From NCBI GenBank assembly GCA_964016885.1, contig OZ024741.1, positions 27,280,001 to 27,344,000 on the forward strand: a stretch of 64,000 nucleotides of DNA, read 5' to 3'. A program made the position numbers and the translations under genes. Below the pieces are notes generated by a model. That model was not told the origin of the DNA. It saw only the letters and a list, made by a program, of their open reading frames with translations, and did not search any database. The DNA is from Eledone cirrhosa. Taxonomy: Eukaryota. Of the stretch, positions 29,790-43,600 are shown piece by piece (the stretch's first letter is position 1; each line of letters opens with the position of its first letter).

Positions 29790-30043
29790 ACCTTTGTTGG
29801 TATGGACATGTGATGTGCATGGGTGAAGAGAGGCCAGTAAATGCCAGTGGAAGGTAGCTGCAGTAGAGGTAGACCAAGAAAGACCTGGGCAGAGGGGGTG
29901 AGAGATGATCTCAAATTGATGAGGCTCACAGAGGAGATGACAAAGAAACATGGCAAGTAGAGAGATGCTGTGCTGAAAAAGACCCGTCCAACCCATGCAA
30001 GCATGGAAAAATGGACATAAAAATGATGGTGATGATGATGATG
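29790..30043 (+). mobile_element. RTE-type LINE 3' fragment
   Basis: WYGHV...MPVEGSCSRGRPRKTWAEGVRDDLKLMRLTEEMTKK...AVLKKTRP then CCCATGCAAGCATGGAAAAATGGAC-(TGA)n. Confidence 0.87.
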
Positions 30044-30671
30044 AACCTTTCTTAAGATATGTTCCAAATACCAGCTTCATAATGATACATTAGTATATTC
30101 CATTCAAATTCTTGATTATTTTCAAAATTATTTGTAAATCACAGTGTGTCTTTCATTAGAAATATGGTAATGAAAAGAGTTAAATAAAATGGATGTTTGG
30201 TAGTGAAAAGATTAGGAACCTCTGGTTTAGAAAATGTTCCATGGGGAAAAAACATGTATAAGATGCTAGCATACTATCCAGGGGAAGAGATCCTTTATGA
30301 CAACCTTCAGAAAATATACCAAAGAGCACATTAATGGTTGGTCAGTGATGTATAAGAATATAGATTTTGTGTTGCTTTAGAAACAGAAGTTTCCAATAAA
30401 AAGTAACCATTCCCTGTAATATAATTCCATTTAATGGAACTACAGTTTGAAGAATTTTTATCTCATCTTCAATTACTGCCTGTCTAGCCTTTTATTTTCA
30501 ACATCGTTTTATAAGTTCATCAAAATATTAAGCAGGGAAGGAAATAGCCACTCAACCTCATCCTATAATTATTATGTCTTTGAGGACTTTGTAAAATTAG
30601 CTGGAGACAATACTAATGGTATAGAATTATGGAGGTCTAATGAGATTTTGGCATCAGTTGCTGCTTTGCTA

Positions 30672-32112
30672 TCACCATCCTCGTCATCATCATCACCACA
30701 ACCATCACTACCACCAATACCACCATCATTAACACCACCACCACAACCACCACCACCACCATCATTAACACCACCACCACCACTACCATTAACACCACCA
30801 CCACTACCACTAACACCACCACCACCACTAATACCACCACTACTAACACCACCACCACTAACACCACCACCACTAACACCACCACCACCACTAACACCAC
30901 CACAACCACTACCACTAACACCACCACCACCACTAACACCACCACCACCACTAACACCACCACCACCACTAACACCACCACCACAACCACTACCACTAAC
31001 ACCACCACCACCACTAACACCACCACAACCACTACCACTAACACCACCACCACCACTACCATTAACACCACCACCACCACTACCACTAACACCACCACCA
31101 CCACTAATACCACCACTACTAACACCACCACCACTAACACCACCACTACCACTAACACCACCACCGCCACTAACACCACCACAACCACTACCACTAACAC
31201 CACCACCACCACTAACACCACCACAACCACTACCACTAACACCACCACCACCACTACCATTAACACCACCACCACCACTACCACTAACACCACCACCACC
31301 ACTAATACCACCACTACTAACACCACCACCACTAACACCACCACTACCACTAACACCACCACCGCCACTAACACCACCACAACCACTACCACTAACACCA
31401 CCACCACCACTAACACCACCACAACCACTACCACTAACACCACCACCACCACTAACACCACCACCACTAACACCACCACCACTAACACCACCACAACCAC
31501 TACCACTAACACCACCACCACCACTAACACCACCACAACCACTAACACCACCACCACCACTAACACCACCACAACCACTACCACTAACACCACCACAACC
31601 ACTACCACTAACACCACCACCACCACTAACACCACCACAACCACTACCACTAACACTACCACTACCACTAACACCACCACCGCCACTAACACCACCACAA
31701 CCACTACCACTAACACCACCACCACCACTACCACTAACACCACCACCGCCACTAACACCACCACCACCACCACCACTAACACCACCACAACCACTACCAC
31801 TAACACTAACACCACCACAACCACTACCACTAACGCCGCCACCACTAACACCACCACCGCCACTAACACCACCACAACCACTACCACTAACACTAACACC
31901 ACCACAACCACTACCACTAACGCCGCCACCACTAACACCACCACCACTAACACTACCACAACCACTACCACTAACACCACCACCACTAACACCACCACAA
32001 CCACTAACACCACCACCACCACTAACACCACCACCGCCACTAACACCACCACCGCCACTAACACCACCACAACCACTACCACTAACACCACCACCACTAC
32101 CCCCCCACCACC
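30672..32112. repeat. (ACC/ACT/AAC)n compound array; reads (PPPPLT/PPQPLPLT)n
   Basis: Directly visible, with internal block duplications marked by ACTAATACC at ~30830, ~31105 and ~31305. Confidence 0.95.
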
Positions 32113-32180
32113 ATCCTGCAATCATAGTCCAGTCTGATTATTTGTCTCCTGCTTGTTACAACTTCAGTTATGCAGAAGAC

Positions 32181-32622
32181 GGATAGAGAGGGAGAAATAG
32201 AGAGAGAGGTAGATAGACAGAGGGGGAGAGATAGATAAAGAAGGAGAAAGGTAGATAGAGGGGGAGAGTGATAGAGGTAGAGGGAGAGAGGTAGATAGAC
32301 AGAGGGGGAGAGATAGATAAAGAAGGAGAAAGGTAGATAGAGGGGGAGAGTGATAGAGGTAGAGGGAGAGGGGGAGAGATATGCAGAGAGGGAGAGATAA
32401 AGAGGGAGATGGAAAGAAGTAGATAGATGGGAAGAGGGAGAGAGATAGACAGACGGGGAGAGATAGAGAGGGAAATGGGCATTGGGGGAGAGATAGATAG
32501 AGTGGGGGAAGAGAAGGAGAGATAGACAGAGAGGGAGAGATAGAGAGAGGGGGAGAGATAGATCAAGAGGGAGTTGGGCAGAGAAGGAGAGATAGATAGA
32601 GAGGGAGAGGGGCAGAGAGGAA
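32181..32622. repeat. Polypurine (GA/GATA-rich) low-complexity tract
   Basis: Directly visible; includes a ~72-bp direct duplication. Confidence 0.9.
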
Positions 32623-33144
32623 ACTGGAAACATGTTTGCATTGATTACAGTAACCATAGTAATTAATAGACCAATTATACTATAGCTACTTCTATATATG
32701 TAGGGGGGGTGAGGGGGGACTGGGGATGGAGTGATGGAGGACTGGGGGGTGATGGAGGGTAGAGGGGATGTTGGAGGGCAGGGGTGGACTGAGGGGGGGG
32801 GGTGATATAGGGTGGAGTGGTAGTGTAATGCCAATGTAATGCCAGACATAAGTGAAGGTTATAAAGGTTTTCCAAAACCCTTGAATTAAGTTGAAACTTT
32901 ATTTAGACAGGGACTATGTTCTTTGCTGTACTTCTCTCACAGAAACTCACAATGTATATCAACTATAGAATAGTTGAATAAGTCAAGTAAATTCCCCTGG
33001 AGACAGAACCACCTGCAAGAATCAAACCTCACATCTGTCATAAACTAGTTATATCTAGTATACAAAAGAAACATTGTTTCAAAACTAGATTTACCTTTAC
33101 TGTCTCTTTGAAAGTAGAGTGACCTGATTTAAAGAAATGTTATT

Positions 33145-33397
33145 TCATCATCATCACCATCATCACCATCACCATCATCACCATCACCATCACCATCACC
33201 ATCATCACCATCACCATCATCACCATCACCATCACCATCATCACCATCATCATCACCATCATCACCATCACCATCACCATCATCACCATCACCATCACCA
33301 TCATCACCATCATCATCCTTATCATCATCACCATCATCACCATCACCATCATCATCCTTATCACCATCATCATCATCATCATCATCATCACCACCAC

Positions 33398-33432
<35 letters not shown>

Positions 33433-34030
33433 CCATCATCATCCTTATCATCATCATCACCATCACCATCATCATCCTTATCATCATCATCATCATCCTT
33501 ATCATCATCATCATCATCACCATCATCACCATCACCATCATCATCCTTATCATCATCATCATCCTTATCATCATCATCATCATCATCATCATCACCATCA
33601 TCATCACCATCACCATCATCATCCTTATCATCATCATCATCATCACCATCATCACCATCATCACCATCATCACCATCACCATCATCATCCTTATCATCAT
33701 CATCATCATCACCATCATCACCATCACCACCATCATCATCATCATCATCCTTATCATCATCATCATCATCATCACCATCATCACCATCACCACCATCATC
33801 ATCATCATCATCATCCTCATCCTCATCATCATCATCATCATCATCATCTTCATCACTATCACCACCATCACCATCTTCATCATCACCATCATCATCACCA
33901 TCATCACCATCACCATCACCATCATCGTCATCATCATCATCATCATCATCATCACGACCATCATCATCATTATCATCCTCATCACCATCATCATCATCTT
34001 CATCATCATCACCACCATCACCACCACCAC
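33145..34030. repeat. (CAT/CAC)n array with periodic CCTTAT interruptions
   Basis: Directly visible; abuts an RTE terminal motif at 34031-34070. Confidence 0.95.
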
Positions 34031-34324
34031 TGTTTAACGTCCATTTTCCCCCGTTAACATAGGTTAAACTGGATATAGCATCAACTAAGTTTCCTTTGAC
34101 AACAGAGCCACTGAAGAGGTGTTATTGCAAGGCCAATCAAAAGATTATCAAAAATTTAAAGAAACATTATAACATGAAGGTGTTCAGATAAAAAGAATAT
34201 TTGATGTCTGCTAGTGGTATCCTTAGGGATGTAACGACGATCACAACTTTAATAATTCATAGCAAAAGGTCTTCAAATGTTCTTTATAAACATCCCTTAT
34301 ATTATTAAATATACAATATGTACA

Positions 34325-34327
<3 letters not shown>

Positions 34328-34403
<76 letters not shown>
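34328..34403. repeat. (TA)n microsatellite
   Basis: Directly visible. Confidence 0.95.
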
Positions 34404-34407
<4 letters not shown>

Positions 34408-34676
34408 GAATATAAAAGAAAGATAAACACAGATATAAACATACATGTGTTCAAATCGTAAGGGACCAGGTTTGCTAGGGTGAAAAAAATACTAATCTGG
34501 TCCCTTCTGATTTCTACACATATATGTATATATCTGTGTTTATCTCTCTTTTATATTCAATTATATTATACGGCTCAGAAAAATCTCTTTCTTTGATCTA
34601 TTTAATTGTAAGAGACTATTTTGAGTTTCTAATTCAATATATACCTTTGATATATATATATATATATATATATATA

Positions 34677-35470
34677 TCATCATCATCATCATCATCAACG
34701 TTTAACGTCCGTGTTCCACGCTTGCATGGGTTTGGACGGGGTTTTCCCACTTGAGGCAAGAGTGATTGTCTTGCTCGCATAGGACTGTCTGGCGGGTTTC
34801 CTACAGCTGGATGCCCTTCCTAACACCAACCACATTTACAGTGTGGGGCTGGGAGGTTTTTACCGTGTTGCCTACATGGCCACATTACAGCGTGGACTGT
34901 CTGGCGGGTTTTCTACAGCTGGATGCCCTTCCTAACACCAACCACATTTACAGTGTGGGGCTGGGAGGTTTTTACCGTGTTGCCTACATGGCCACATTAC
35001 AGCGTGGACTGTCTGGCGGGTTTTCTACAGCTGGATGCCCTTCCTAACACCAACCACATTTACAGTGTGGGGCTGGGAGGTTTTTACCGTGTTGCCTACA
35101 TGGCCACATTACAGCGTGGACTGTGTGTTTTTTGTCGTGACACCTACACGATCTCATTTGTTTCGTCCTGGATGTTGTGGCACCAACATAACTTTACATT
35201 GAAAGGGCGGTGTGGATGGGGTGGGGGTGGTGGGACGGGGGTGTGTTTTGTTAGAGATGCCTACTGACTGTAGTAGGTTTTACTTTGTATTTAGGTAAGG
35301 CGGGTCTTCTCTATTACTGAGTACCGCCAAAGGTCTCGGTCCAGTGACATTGTCTTGGAGAGGTGTAAGCGTGTGAGGTCGGAATTTATCATGTCGTCCC
35401 AGGTTTTTCTGGGTCTGCCTACTCCGTAGCTACCGTCTATCTTTATTGCCCTGCACTTTGTTATACAGCT
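34677..35470 (-). mobile_element. 5'-truncated RTE-type LINE with long 3' UTR containing a 112-bp triplication
   Basis: Minus reading KCRAIKIDGSYGVGRPRKTWDDMINSDLTRLHLSKTMSLDRDLWRYSVIEKTR, then UTR and (TGA)n tail; GGACTGT recurs at 34782, 34894, 35006 and 35118. Confidence 0.88.
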
Positions 35471-35504
35471 TATTATATATATATATATATATATATATAC
35501 AGCT

Positions 35505-35540
<36 letters not shown>

Positions 35541-35552
35541 AGGGAGAGAGAG

Positions 35553-35780
35553 AAGACTCCCTTCGATCACGAATGACCATTGGATTTGCACCTAGAAAGT
35601 TTCCCTCCGAAACACAAGTCTGGGCAAAGTTGTTTGCATCCAGCCTCCCCCTCTCCACACTACCGATGAGGTCGCAACTCATTTCTACAGCTGAGTAAAC
35701 TGGAGCACCTGGTCCGAGAATCAAACTCACAACCTTTCAATTGCAAGGCCAATGCTGTAACCACTAAGCCATGTACCTCC
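35553..35780 (-). mobile_element. tRNA-derived SINE
   Basis: Minus strand GGAGGTACATGGCTTAGTGGTTA...GAGTTTGATTCTC (A/B boxes) followed by a non-tRNA body. Confidence 0.7.
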
Positions 35781-35891
35781 ATATATATAGTTAAAATATG
35801 TTTAAACTGCTCACAGAATATATGAAAAATACTTTTTTGATATTTTATCATTTAAAATTTGGTAAGATTGGTATACCAATCAAAACTGGTA

Positions 35892-36351
35892 ATCATCATC
35901 ATCATCATCATCAACGTTTAACGTCCGTGTTCCACGCTTGCATGGGTTTGGATGGGGGTATTCCCACTTGAGGCAAGAGTGATTGTCTTGCTCGCATAGG
36001 ACTGTCTGGCAGGTTTTCTACAGTTGGATGCCCTTCCTAACACCAACCACGTTTACAGTGTGGGACTGGGAGGTTTTTACCGTGTTGCCTACACGGCCAC
36101 ATTACAGCGTGGACTGTGTGTTTTTTTGTCATGACACCTACACGATCTCATTTGTTTCAGCCTGGATATTGTGGCACCAACATAACTTTACATAGGAGGG
36201 GGTGGTGTGGATGGGGTGTGGGTGGTGGGACAGGGGTGTATTTTGTTAGAGATGCCTACTGGCTGTAGTAGGTTTTACTATGTATTTAGGTAAGGTGGGT
36301 CTTCTCTATTACTGAGTACCGCCAAAGGTCTCGGTCCAGTGACATTGTCTT
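35892..36351 (-). mobile_element. Second 5'-truncated copy of the same RTE subfamily
   Basis: Closely similar to 34677-35356 but with a single copy of the 112-bp unit. Confidence 0.88.
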
Positions 36352-36500
36352 GTAATATTTGACAAAATTTAAATCCATTTAATGTAACAATTATAAAAAT
36401 ATTCATTCTGTCCGATTAAAGAAAAAAAATTATTTTAAAAGATACTTTTACTTTTTAACTATATATGTACACCCACACACACACGCATATATATAGAAAT

Positions 36501-36552
36501 GGCTTCTACAGGACTAGAACTGTTTCATTCGGAAGAAATCATCAGGAAAGCC
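36501..36552 (-). ncRNA. Type I hammerhead-ribozyme-like motif (possibly degenerate), likely Penelope-like element or retrozyme derived
   Basis: Minus strand ggctttc-CTGATGA-tttcttccgaat-GAA-ACAG-ttctagtc-CTGT-A-gaagcc: intact core boxes, 4-bp stem III, GUA cleavage triplet, stem I with one bulge, weak stem II. Confidence 0.6.
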
Positions 36553-36664
36553 CTGCTTTCCTGATGATTTCTATATTAAATATTTATACTCTGCTATGTA
36601 TTGAGTACCTTACTTACTGTGGTTACCTCTGATTGAACCCGGGATAAACATATATAGAGATTTA

Positions 36665-37680
36665 AATGTTATATATATATATATGTGTGTATGTGTATTT
36701 ACTTGAGTCTAAATCAAGAAATTCAGACAGACTTAAAGTATTAATACAAACTTCTGTGTATATATATACACCCCCACTCTCTATATACCCATATAACATG
36801 TGTATGTACATATACCCTTGTATATATATATATAGTCATGTATTTCATATGTATGTGTATATGAGTATACCATTGTATACATAGTCATATATTTTGTATG
36901 TATGTATATATATATGTATGTATGTGTATGTGAGTATACCCTTGTATACATAGTCGTATATTTTATATGTATGTATAATCTTGTATACATAGTCATGTAT
37001 TTTATATGTATGTATATGTTTCCTTGTATATAGACATAGTGATGTTTGCTTCATATGTATATATGTATACACTCATGCATTCATACACACACTTACACTT
37101 ACACACACATCGCTCCCTCTTTCTCTCTTTCTCTCCTTCACTTTCTGTATATAAGTTAATAAATTTGAATAAATAAGCATATATTAATAAATTTACATAT
37201 ATAATTTGTGCCATAGTGGGCAATAATGCCATAAGGAGTGTGTGTGTGTATATGTACTGTGTTGTTATCTTGTGTGTGTGTGTTTATGTATGTATGTGTG
37301 TGCATGTACTATGTGTGATTATGTGTTTGCATATGTGTGATTATATGTGTATGTTTGTATCTGTGTGGTTATGTGTGTGTATGTATATGTGTGGTCATAT
37401 GTGTATGTTTGTATATGTGTGTGTTTATATATGTGTAGTTATATGTGTGTGTTTGTATATTTTGTATATGTGTGGTTATATGTGTATGTTTGTATAGGTG
37501 TGGTTATGTGTGTGTGGTTGTATATGTGTGGTTATGTGTGTATGTTTGTATATGTGTGGTCATATGTGTGTGTTTGTATATGTGTGATTATGTGTAGTTT
37601 TGTGTGTGTGTTTGCATATATGTAGTTATGTGTGTGTGTTCTATGTGTGGTTATGTGTGTTATCTGTAGTTATCTGTGTA
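36665..37680. repeat. Degenerate (TA/TG)n low-complexity field
   Basis: Directly visible; TATGTGTGGTTA-type subunits toward the right. Confidence 0.85.
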
Positions 37681-37684
37681 TTTG

Positions 37685-40600
37685 AAAAGTATTATTATGT
37701 AGAGGTAAAAGTATTATTATGTAGAGGTAAAAGTATTATTATGTAGAGGTAAAAGTATTATTATGTAGAGGTAAAAGTATTATTATGTAGAGGTAACAGA
37801 ATTATTATGTAGAGGTAAAAGTATTATTATATAGAGGTAAAAGTATTATTATGTAGAGGTAAAAGTATTATTATGTAGAGGTAAAAGTATTATTATATAG
37901 AGGTAAAAGTATTATTATATATAGGTAAAAGTATTATTATATAGAGGTAAAAGTATTATTATGTAGAGGTAAAAGTATTATTATGTAGAGGTAAAAGTAT
38001 TATTATGTAGAGGTAAAAGTATTATTATATAGAGGTAAAAGTATTATTATGTAGAGGTAAAAGTATTATTATGTAGAGGTAAAAGTATTATTATGTAGAG
38101 GTAAAAGTATTATTATGTAGAGGTAAAAGTATTATTATGTAGAGGTAAAAGTATTATTATATATAGGTAAAAGTATTATTATGTAGAGGTAAAAGTATTA
38201 TTATGTAGAGGTAAAAGTATTATTATGTAGAGGTAAAAGTATTATTATGTATAGGTAAAAGTATTATTATGTAGAGGTAAAAGTATTATTATGTAGAGGT
38301 AAAAGTATTATTATGTAGAGGTAAAAGTATTATTATGTAGAGGTAAAAGTATTATTATATATAGGTAAAAGTATTATTATATATAGGTAAAAGTATTATT
38401 ATGTAGAGGTAAAAGTATTATTATGTAGAGGTAAAAGTATTATTATGTAGAGGTAAAAGTATTATTATGTAGAGGTAAAAATATTATTATGTAGAGGTAA
38501 AAGTATTATTATATAGAGGTAAAAGTATTATTATGTAGAGGTAAAAGTATTATTATGTAGAGGTAAAAGTATTATTATGTAGAGGTAAAAGTATTATTAT
38601 GTAGAGGTAAAAGTATTGTTATGTAGAGGTAAAAGTATTATTATATAGAGGTAAAAGTATTATTATGTAGAGGTAAAAGTATTATTATGTATAGGTAAAA
38701 GTATTATTATGTAGAGGTAAAAGTATTATTATGTAGAGGTAAAAGTATTATTATGTAGAGGTAAAAGTATTATTATGTAGAGGTAAAAGTATTATTATAT
38801 ATAGGTAAAAGTATTATTATATATAGGTAAAAGTATTATTATGTAGAGGTAAAAGTATTATTATGTAGAGGTAAAAGTATTATTATGTAGAGGTAAAAGT
38901 ATTATTATGTAGAGGTAAAAGTATTATTTGTAGAGGTAAAAGTATTATTATATAGAGGTAAAAGTATTATTATATAGAGGTAAAAGTATTATTATATATA
39001 GGTAAAAGTATTATTATGTAGAGGTAAAAGTATTATTATGTAGAGGTAAAAGTATTATTATATATAGGTAAAAGTATTATTATATAGAGGTAAAAGTATT
39101 ATTATGTAGAGGTAAAAGTATTATTATATATAGGTAAAAGTATTATTATGTAGAGGTAAAAGTATTATTATGTAAAAGTATTATTATTAGAGGTAAAAGT
39201 ATTATTATGTAGAGGTAAAAGTATTATTATGTAGAGGTAAAAGTATTATTATGTAGAGGTAAAAGTATTATTATGTAGAGGTAAAAGTATTATTATATAT
39301 AGGTAAAAGTATTATTATGTAGAGGTAAAAGTATTGTTATGTAGAGGTAAAAGTATTATTATGTAGAGGTAAAAGTATTATTATGTAGAGGTAAAAGTAT
39401 TATTATGTAGAGGTAAAAGTATTATTATATATAGGTAAAAGTATTATTATATAGAGGTAAAAGTATTATTATGTAGAGGTAAAAGTATTATTATATATAG
39501 GTAAAAGTATTATTATATAGAGGTAAAAGTATTATTATGTAGAGGTAAAAGTATTATTATGTAGAGGTAAAAGTATTATTATATATAGGTAAAAGTATTA
39601 TTATGTAGAGGTAAAAGTATTATTATGTAAAAGTATTATTATTTAGAGGTAAAAGTATTATTATGTAGAGGTAAAAGTATTATTATGTAGAGGTAAAAGT
39701 ATTATTATGTATAGGTAAAAGTATTATTATGTAGAGGTAAAAGTATTATTATGTAGAGGTAAAAGTATTATTATGTATAGGTAAAAGTATTATTATGTAG
39801 AGATAAAAGTATTATTATGTAGAGGTAAAAGTATTATTATGTATAGGTAAAAGTATTATTATATATAGGTAAAAATATTATTATGTAGAGGTAAAAGTAT
39901 TATTATGTAGAGGTAAAAGTATTATTATGTAGAGGTAAAAGTATTATTATGTAGAGGTAAAAGTATTATTATGTATAGGTAAAAGTATTATTATGTAGAG
40001 GTAAAAGTATTATTATGTAGAGGTAAAAGTATTATTATGTAGAGGTAAAAGTATTATTATGTAGAGGTAAAAGTATTATTATGTAGAGGTGAAAGTATTA
40101 TTATGTAGAGGTAAAAGTATTATTATGTATAGGTAAAAGTATTATTATGTAGAGGTAAAAGTATTATTATGTAGAGGTAAAAGTATTATTATGTAGAGGT
40201 AAAAGTATTATTATGTAGAGGTAAAAAGTATTATTATGTAGAGGTAAAAGTATTATTATGTAGAGGTAAAAGTATTATTATGTAGAGGTAAAAGTATTAT
40301 TATGTAGAGGTAAAAAGTATTATTATGTAGAGGTAAAAGTATTATTATGTAGAGGTAAAAGTATTATTATGTAGAGGTAAAAGTATTATTATGTAGAGGT
40401 AAAAGTATTATTATGTAGAGGTAAAAGTATTATTATATATATGTAAAAGTATTATTATGTAGAGGTAAAAGTATTATTATGTAGAGGTAAAAAGTATTAT
40501 TATGTAGAGGTAAAAGTATTATTATGTAGAGGTAAAAGTATTATTATGTAGAGGTAAAAGTATTATTATGTAGAGGTAAAAGTATTATTATGTAGAGGTA

Positions 40601-43600
40601 AAAGTATTATTATGTAGAGCTAAAAGTATTATTATATATAAGTAAAAGTATTATTATGTAGAGGTAAAAGTATTATTATGTAGAGGTAAAAGTATTATTA
40701 TGTAGAGGTAAAAGTATTATTATTTAGAGGTAAAAGTATTATTATGTAGAGGTAAAAGTATTATTATATATAGGTAAAAGTATTATTATGTAGAGGTAAA
40801 AGTATTATTATATATAGGTAAAAGTATTATTATGTAGAGGTAAAAGTATTATTATGTAGAGGTAAAAGTATTATTATGTAGAGGTAAAAGTATTATTATA
40901 TATAGGTAAAAGTATTATTATGTAGGGGTAAAAGTATTGTTATGTAAAAGTATTATTATTTAGAGGTAAAAGTATTATTATGTAGAGGTAAAAGTATTAT
41001 TATGTAGAGGTAAAAGTATTATTAGGTATAGGTAAAAGTATTATTATGTAGAGGTAAAAGTATTATTATGTAGAGCTAAAAGTATTATTATATATAAGTA
41101 AAAGTATTATTATGTAGAGGTAAAAGTATTATTATGTAGAGGTAAAAGTATTATTATGTAGAGGTAAAAGTATTATTATTTAGAGGTAAAAGTATTATTA
41201 TGTAGAGGTAAAAGTATTATTATATATAGGTAAAAGTATTATTATGTAGAGGTAAAAGTATTATTATATATAGGTAAAAGTATTATTATGTAGAGGTAAA
41301 AGTATTATTATGTAGAGGTAAAAGTATTATTATGTAGAGGTAAAAGTATTATTATATATAGGTAAAAGTATTATTATGTAGGGGTAAAAGTATTGTTATG
41401 TAAAAGTATTATTATTTAGAGGTAAAAGTATTATTATGTAGAGGTAAAAGTATTATTATGTAGAGGTAAAAGTATTATTAGGTATAGGTAAAAGTATTAT
41501 TATGTAGAGGTAAAAGTATTATTATGTAGAGGTAAAAGTATTATTATGTATAGGTAAAAGTATTATTATGTAGAGGTAAAAGTATTATTATGTAGAGGTA
41601 AAAGTATTATTATGTAGAGGTAAAAGTATTATTATATATAGGTAAAAATATTATTATGTAGAGGTAAAAGTATTATTATGTAGAGGTAAAAGTATTATTA
41701 TATAGAGGTAAAAGTATTATTATGTAGAGGTAAAAGTATTATTATGTAGAGGTAAAAGTATTATTATATATAGGTAAAAGTATTATTATGTAGAGGTAAA
41801 AGTATTATTATGGAGAGGTAAAAGTATTATTATGTAGAGGTAAAAGTATTATTATATAGAGGTAAAAGTATTATTATGTATAGGTAAAAGTATTATTATG
41901 TAGAGGTAAAAGTATTATTATATAGAGGTAAAAGTATTATTATATAGAGGTAAAAGTATTATTATATATAGGTAAAAGTATTATTATGTAGAGGTAAAAG
42001 TATTATTATGTAGAGGTAAAAGTATTATTATGTAGAGGTAAAAGTATTATTATATATAGGTAAAAGTATTATTATATATAGGTAAAAGTATTATTATGTA
42101 GAGGTAAAAGTATTATTATGTAGAGGTAAAAGTATTATTATATAGAGGTAAAAGTATTATTATGTAGAGGTAAAAGTATTATTATATATAGGTAAAAGTA
42201 TTATTATGTAGAGGTAAAAGTATTGTTATGTAGAGGTAAAAGTATTATTATGTAGAGGTAAAAGTATTATTATGTAGAGGTAAAAGTATTATTATGTAGA
42301 GGTAAAAGTATTATTATATATAGGTAAAAGTATTATTATATAGAGGTAAAAGTATTATTATGTAGAGGTAAAAGTATTATTATATATAGGTAAAAGTATT
42401 ATTATATAGAGGTAAAAGTATTATTATGTAGAGGTAAAAGTATTATTATGTAGAGGTAAAAGTATTATTATATATAGGTAAAAGTATTATTATGTAGAGG
42501 TAAAAGTATTATTATGTAAAAGTATTATTATTTAGAGGTAAAAGTATTATTATGTAGAGGTAAAAGTATTATTATGTAGAGGTAAAAGTATTATTATGTA
42601 TAGGTAAAAGTATTATTATGTAGAGGTAAAAGTATTATTATGTAGAGGTAAAAGTATTATTATGTATAGGTAAAAGTATTATTATGTAGAGGTAAAAGTA
42701 TTATTATGTAGAGGTAAAAGTATTATTATGTATAGGTAAAAGTATTATTATGTATAGGTAAAAATATTATTATGTAGAGGTAAAAGTATTATTATGTAGA
42801 GGTAAAAGTATTATTATGTAGAGGTAAAAGTATTATTATGTATAGGTAAAAGTATTATTATGTAGAGGTAAAAGTATTATTATGTAGAGGTAAAAGTATT
42901 ATTATGTAGAGGTAAAAGTATTATTATGTAGAGGTAAAAGTATTATTATGTATAGGTAAAAGTATTATTATGTAGAGGTAAAAGTATTATTATGTAGAGG
43001 TAAAAGTATTATTATGTATAGGTAAAAGTATTATTATGTAGAGGTAAAAGTATTATTATGTATAGGTAAAAGTATTATTATGTAGAGGTAAAAGTATTAT
43101 TATGTATAGGTAAAAGTATTATTATGTAGAGGTAAAAGTATTATTATGTAGAGGTAAAAGTATTATTATGTAGAGGTAAAAGTATTATTATGTAGAGGTA
43201 AATGTATTATTATGTAGAGGTAAAAGTATTATTATGTAGAGGTAAAAGTATTATTATGTATAGGCAAAAGTATTATTATGTAGAAGTAAAAGTATTATTA
43301 TGTAGAGGTAAAAGTATTATTATGTATAGGTAAAAGTATTATTATATATATGTAAAAGTATTATTATGTAGAGGTAAAAGTATTATTATGTAGAGGTAAA
43401 AAGTATTATTATGTAGAGGTAAAAGTATTATTATGTAGAGGTAAAAGTATTATTATGTAGAGGTAAAAGTATTATTATGTAGAGGTAAAAGTATTATTAT
43501 GTAGAGGTAAAAGTATTATTATATATAAGTAAAAGTATTATTATGTAGAGGTAAAAGTATTATTATGTAGAGGTAAAAGTATTATTATTTAGAGGTAAAA

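Noticed and set aside
33137-34057. 306-aa poly-histidine protein (metal-binding or beak-protein-like)
   Set aside because: Pure CAT/CAC microsatellite attached to an RTE terminus; lacks Gly/Ala content and signal peptide.
36666-37625. Short Tyr/Val/Cys/Met-rich ORFs
   Set aside because: Translations of (TA/TG)n low-complexity DNA.
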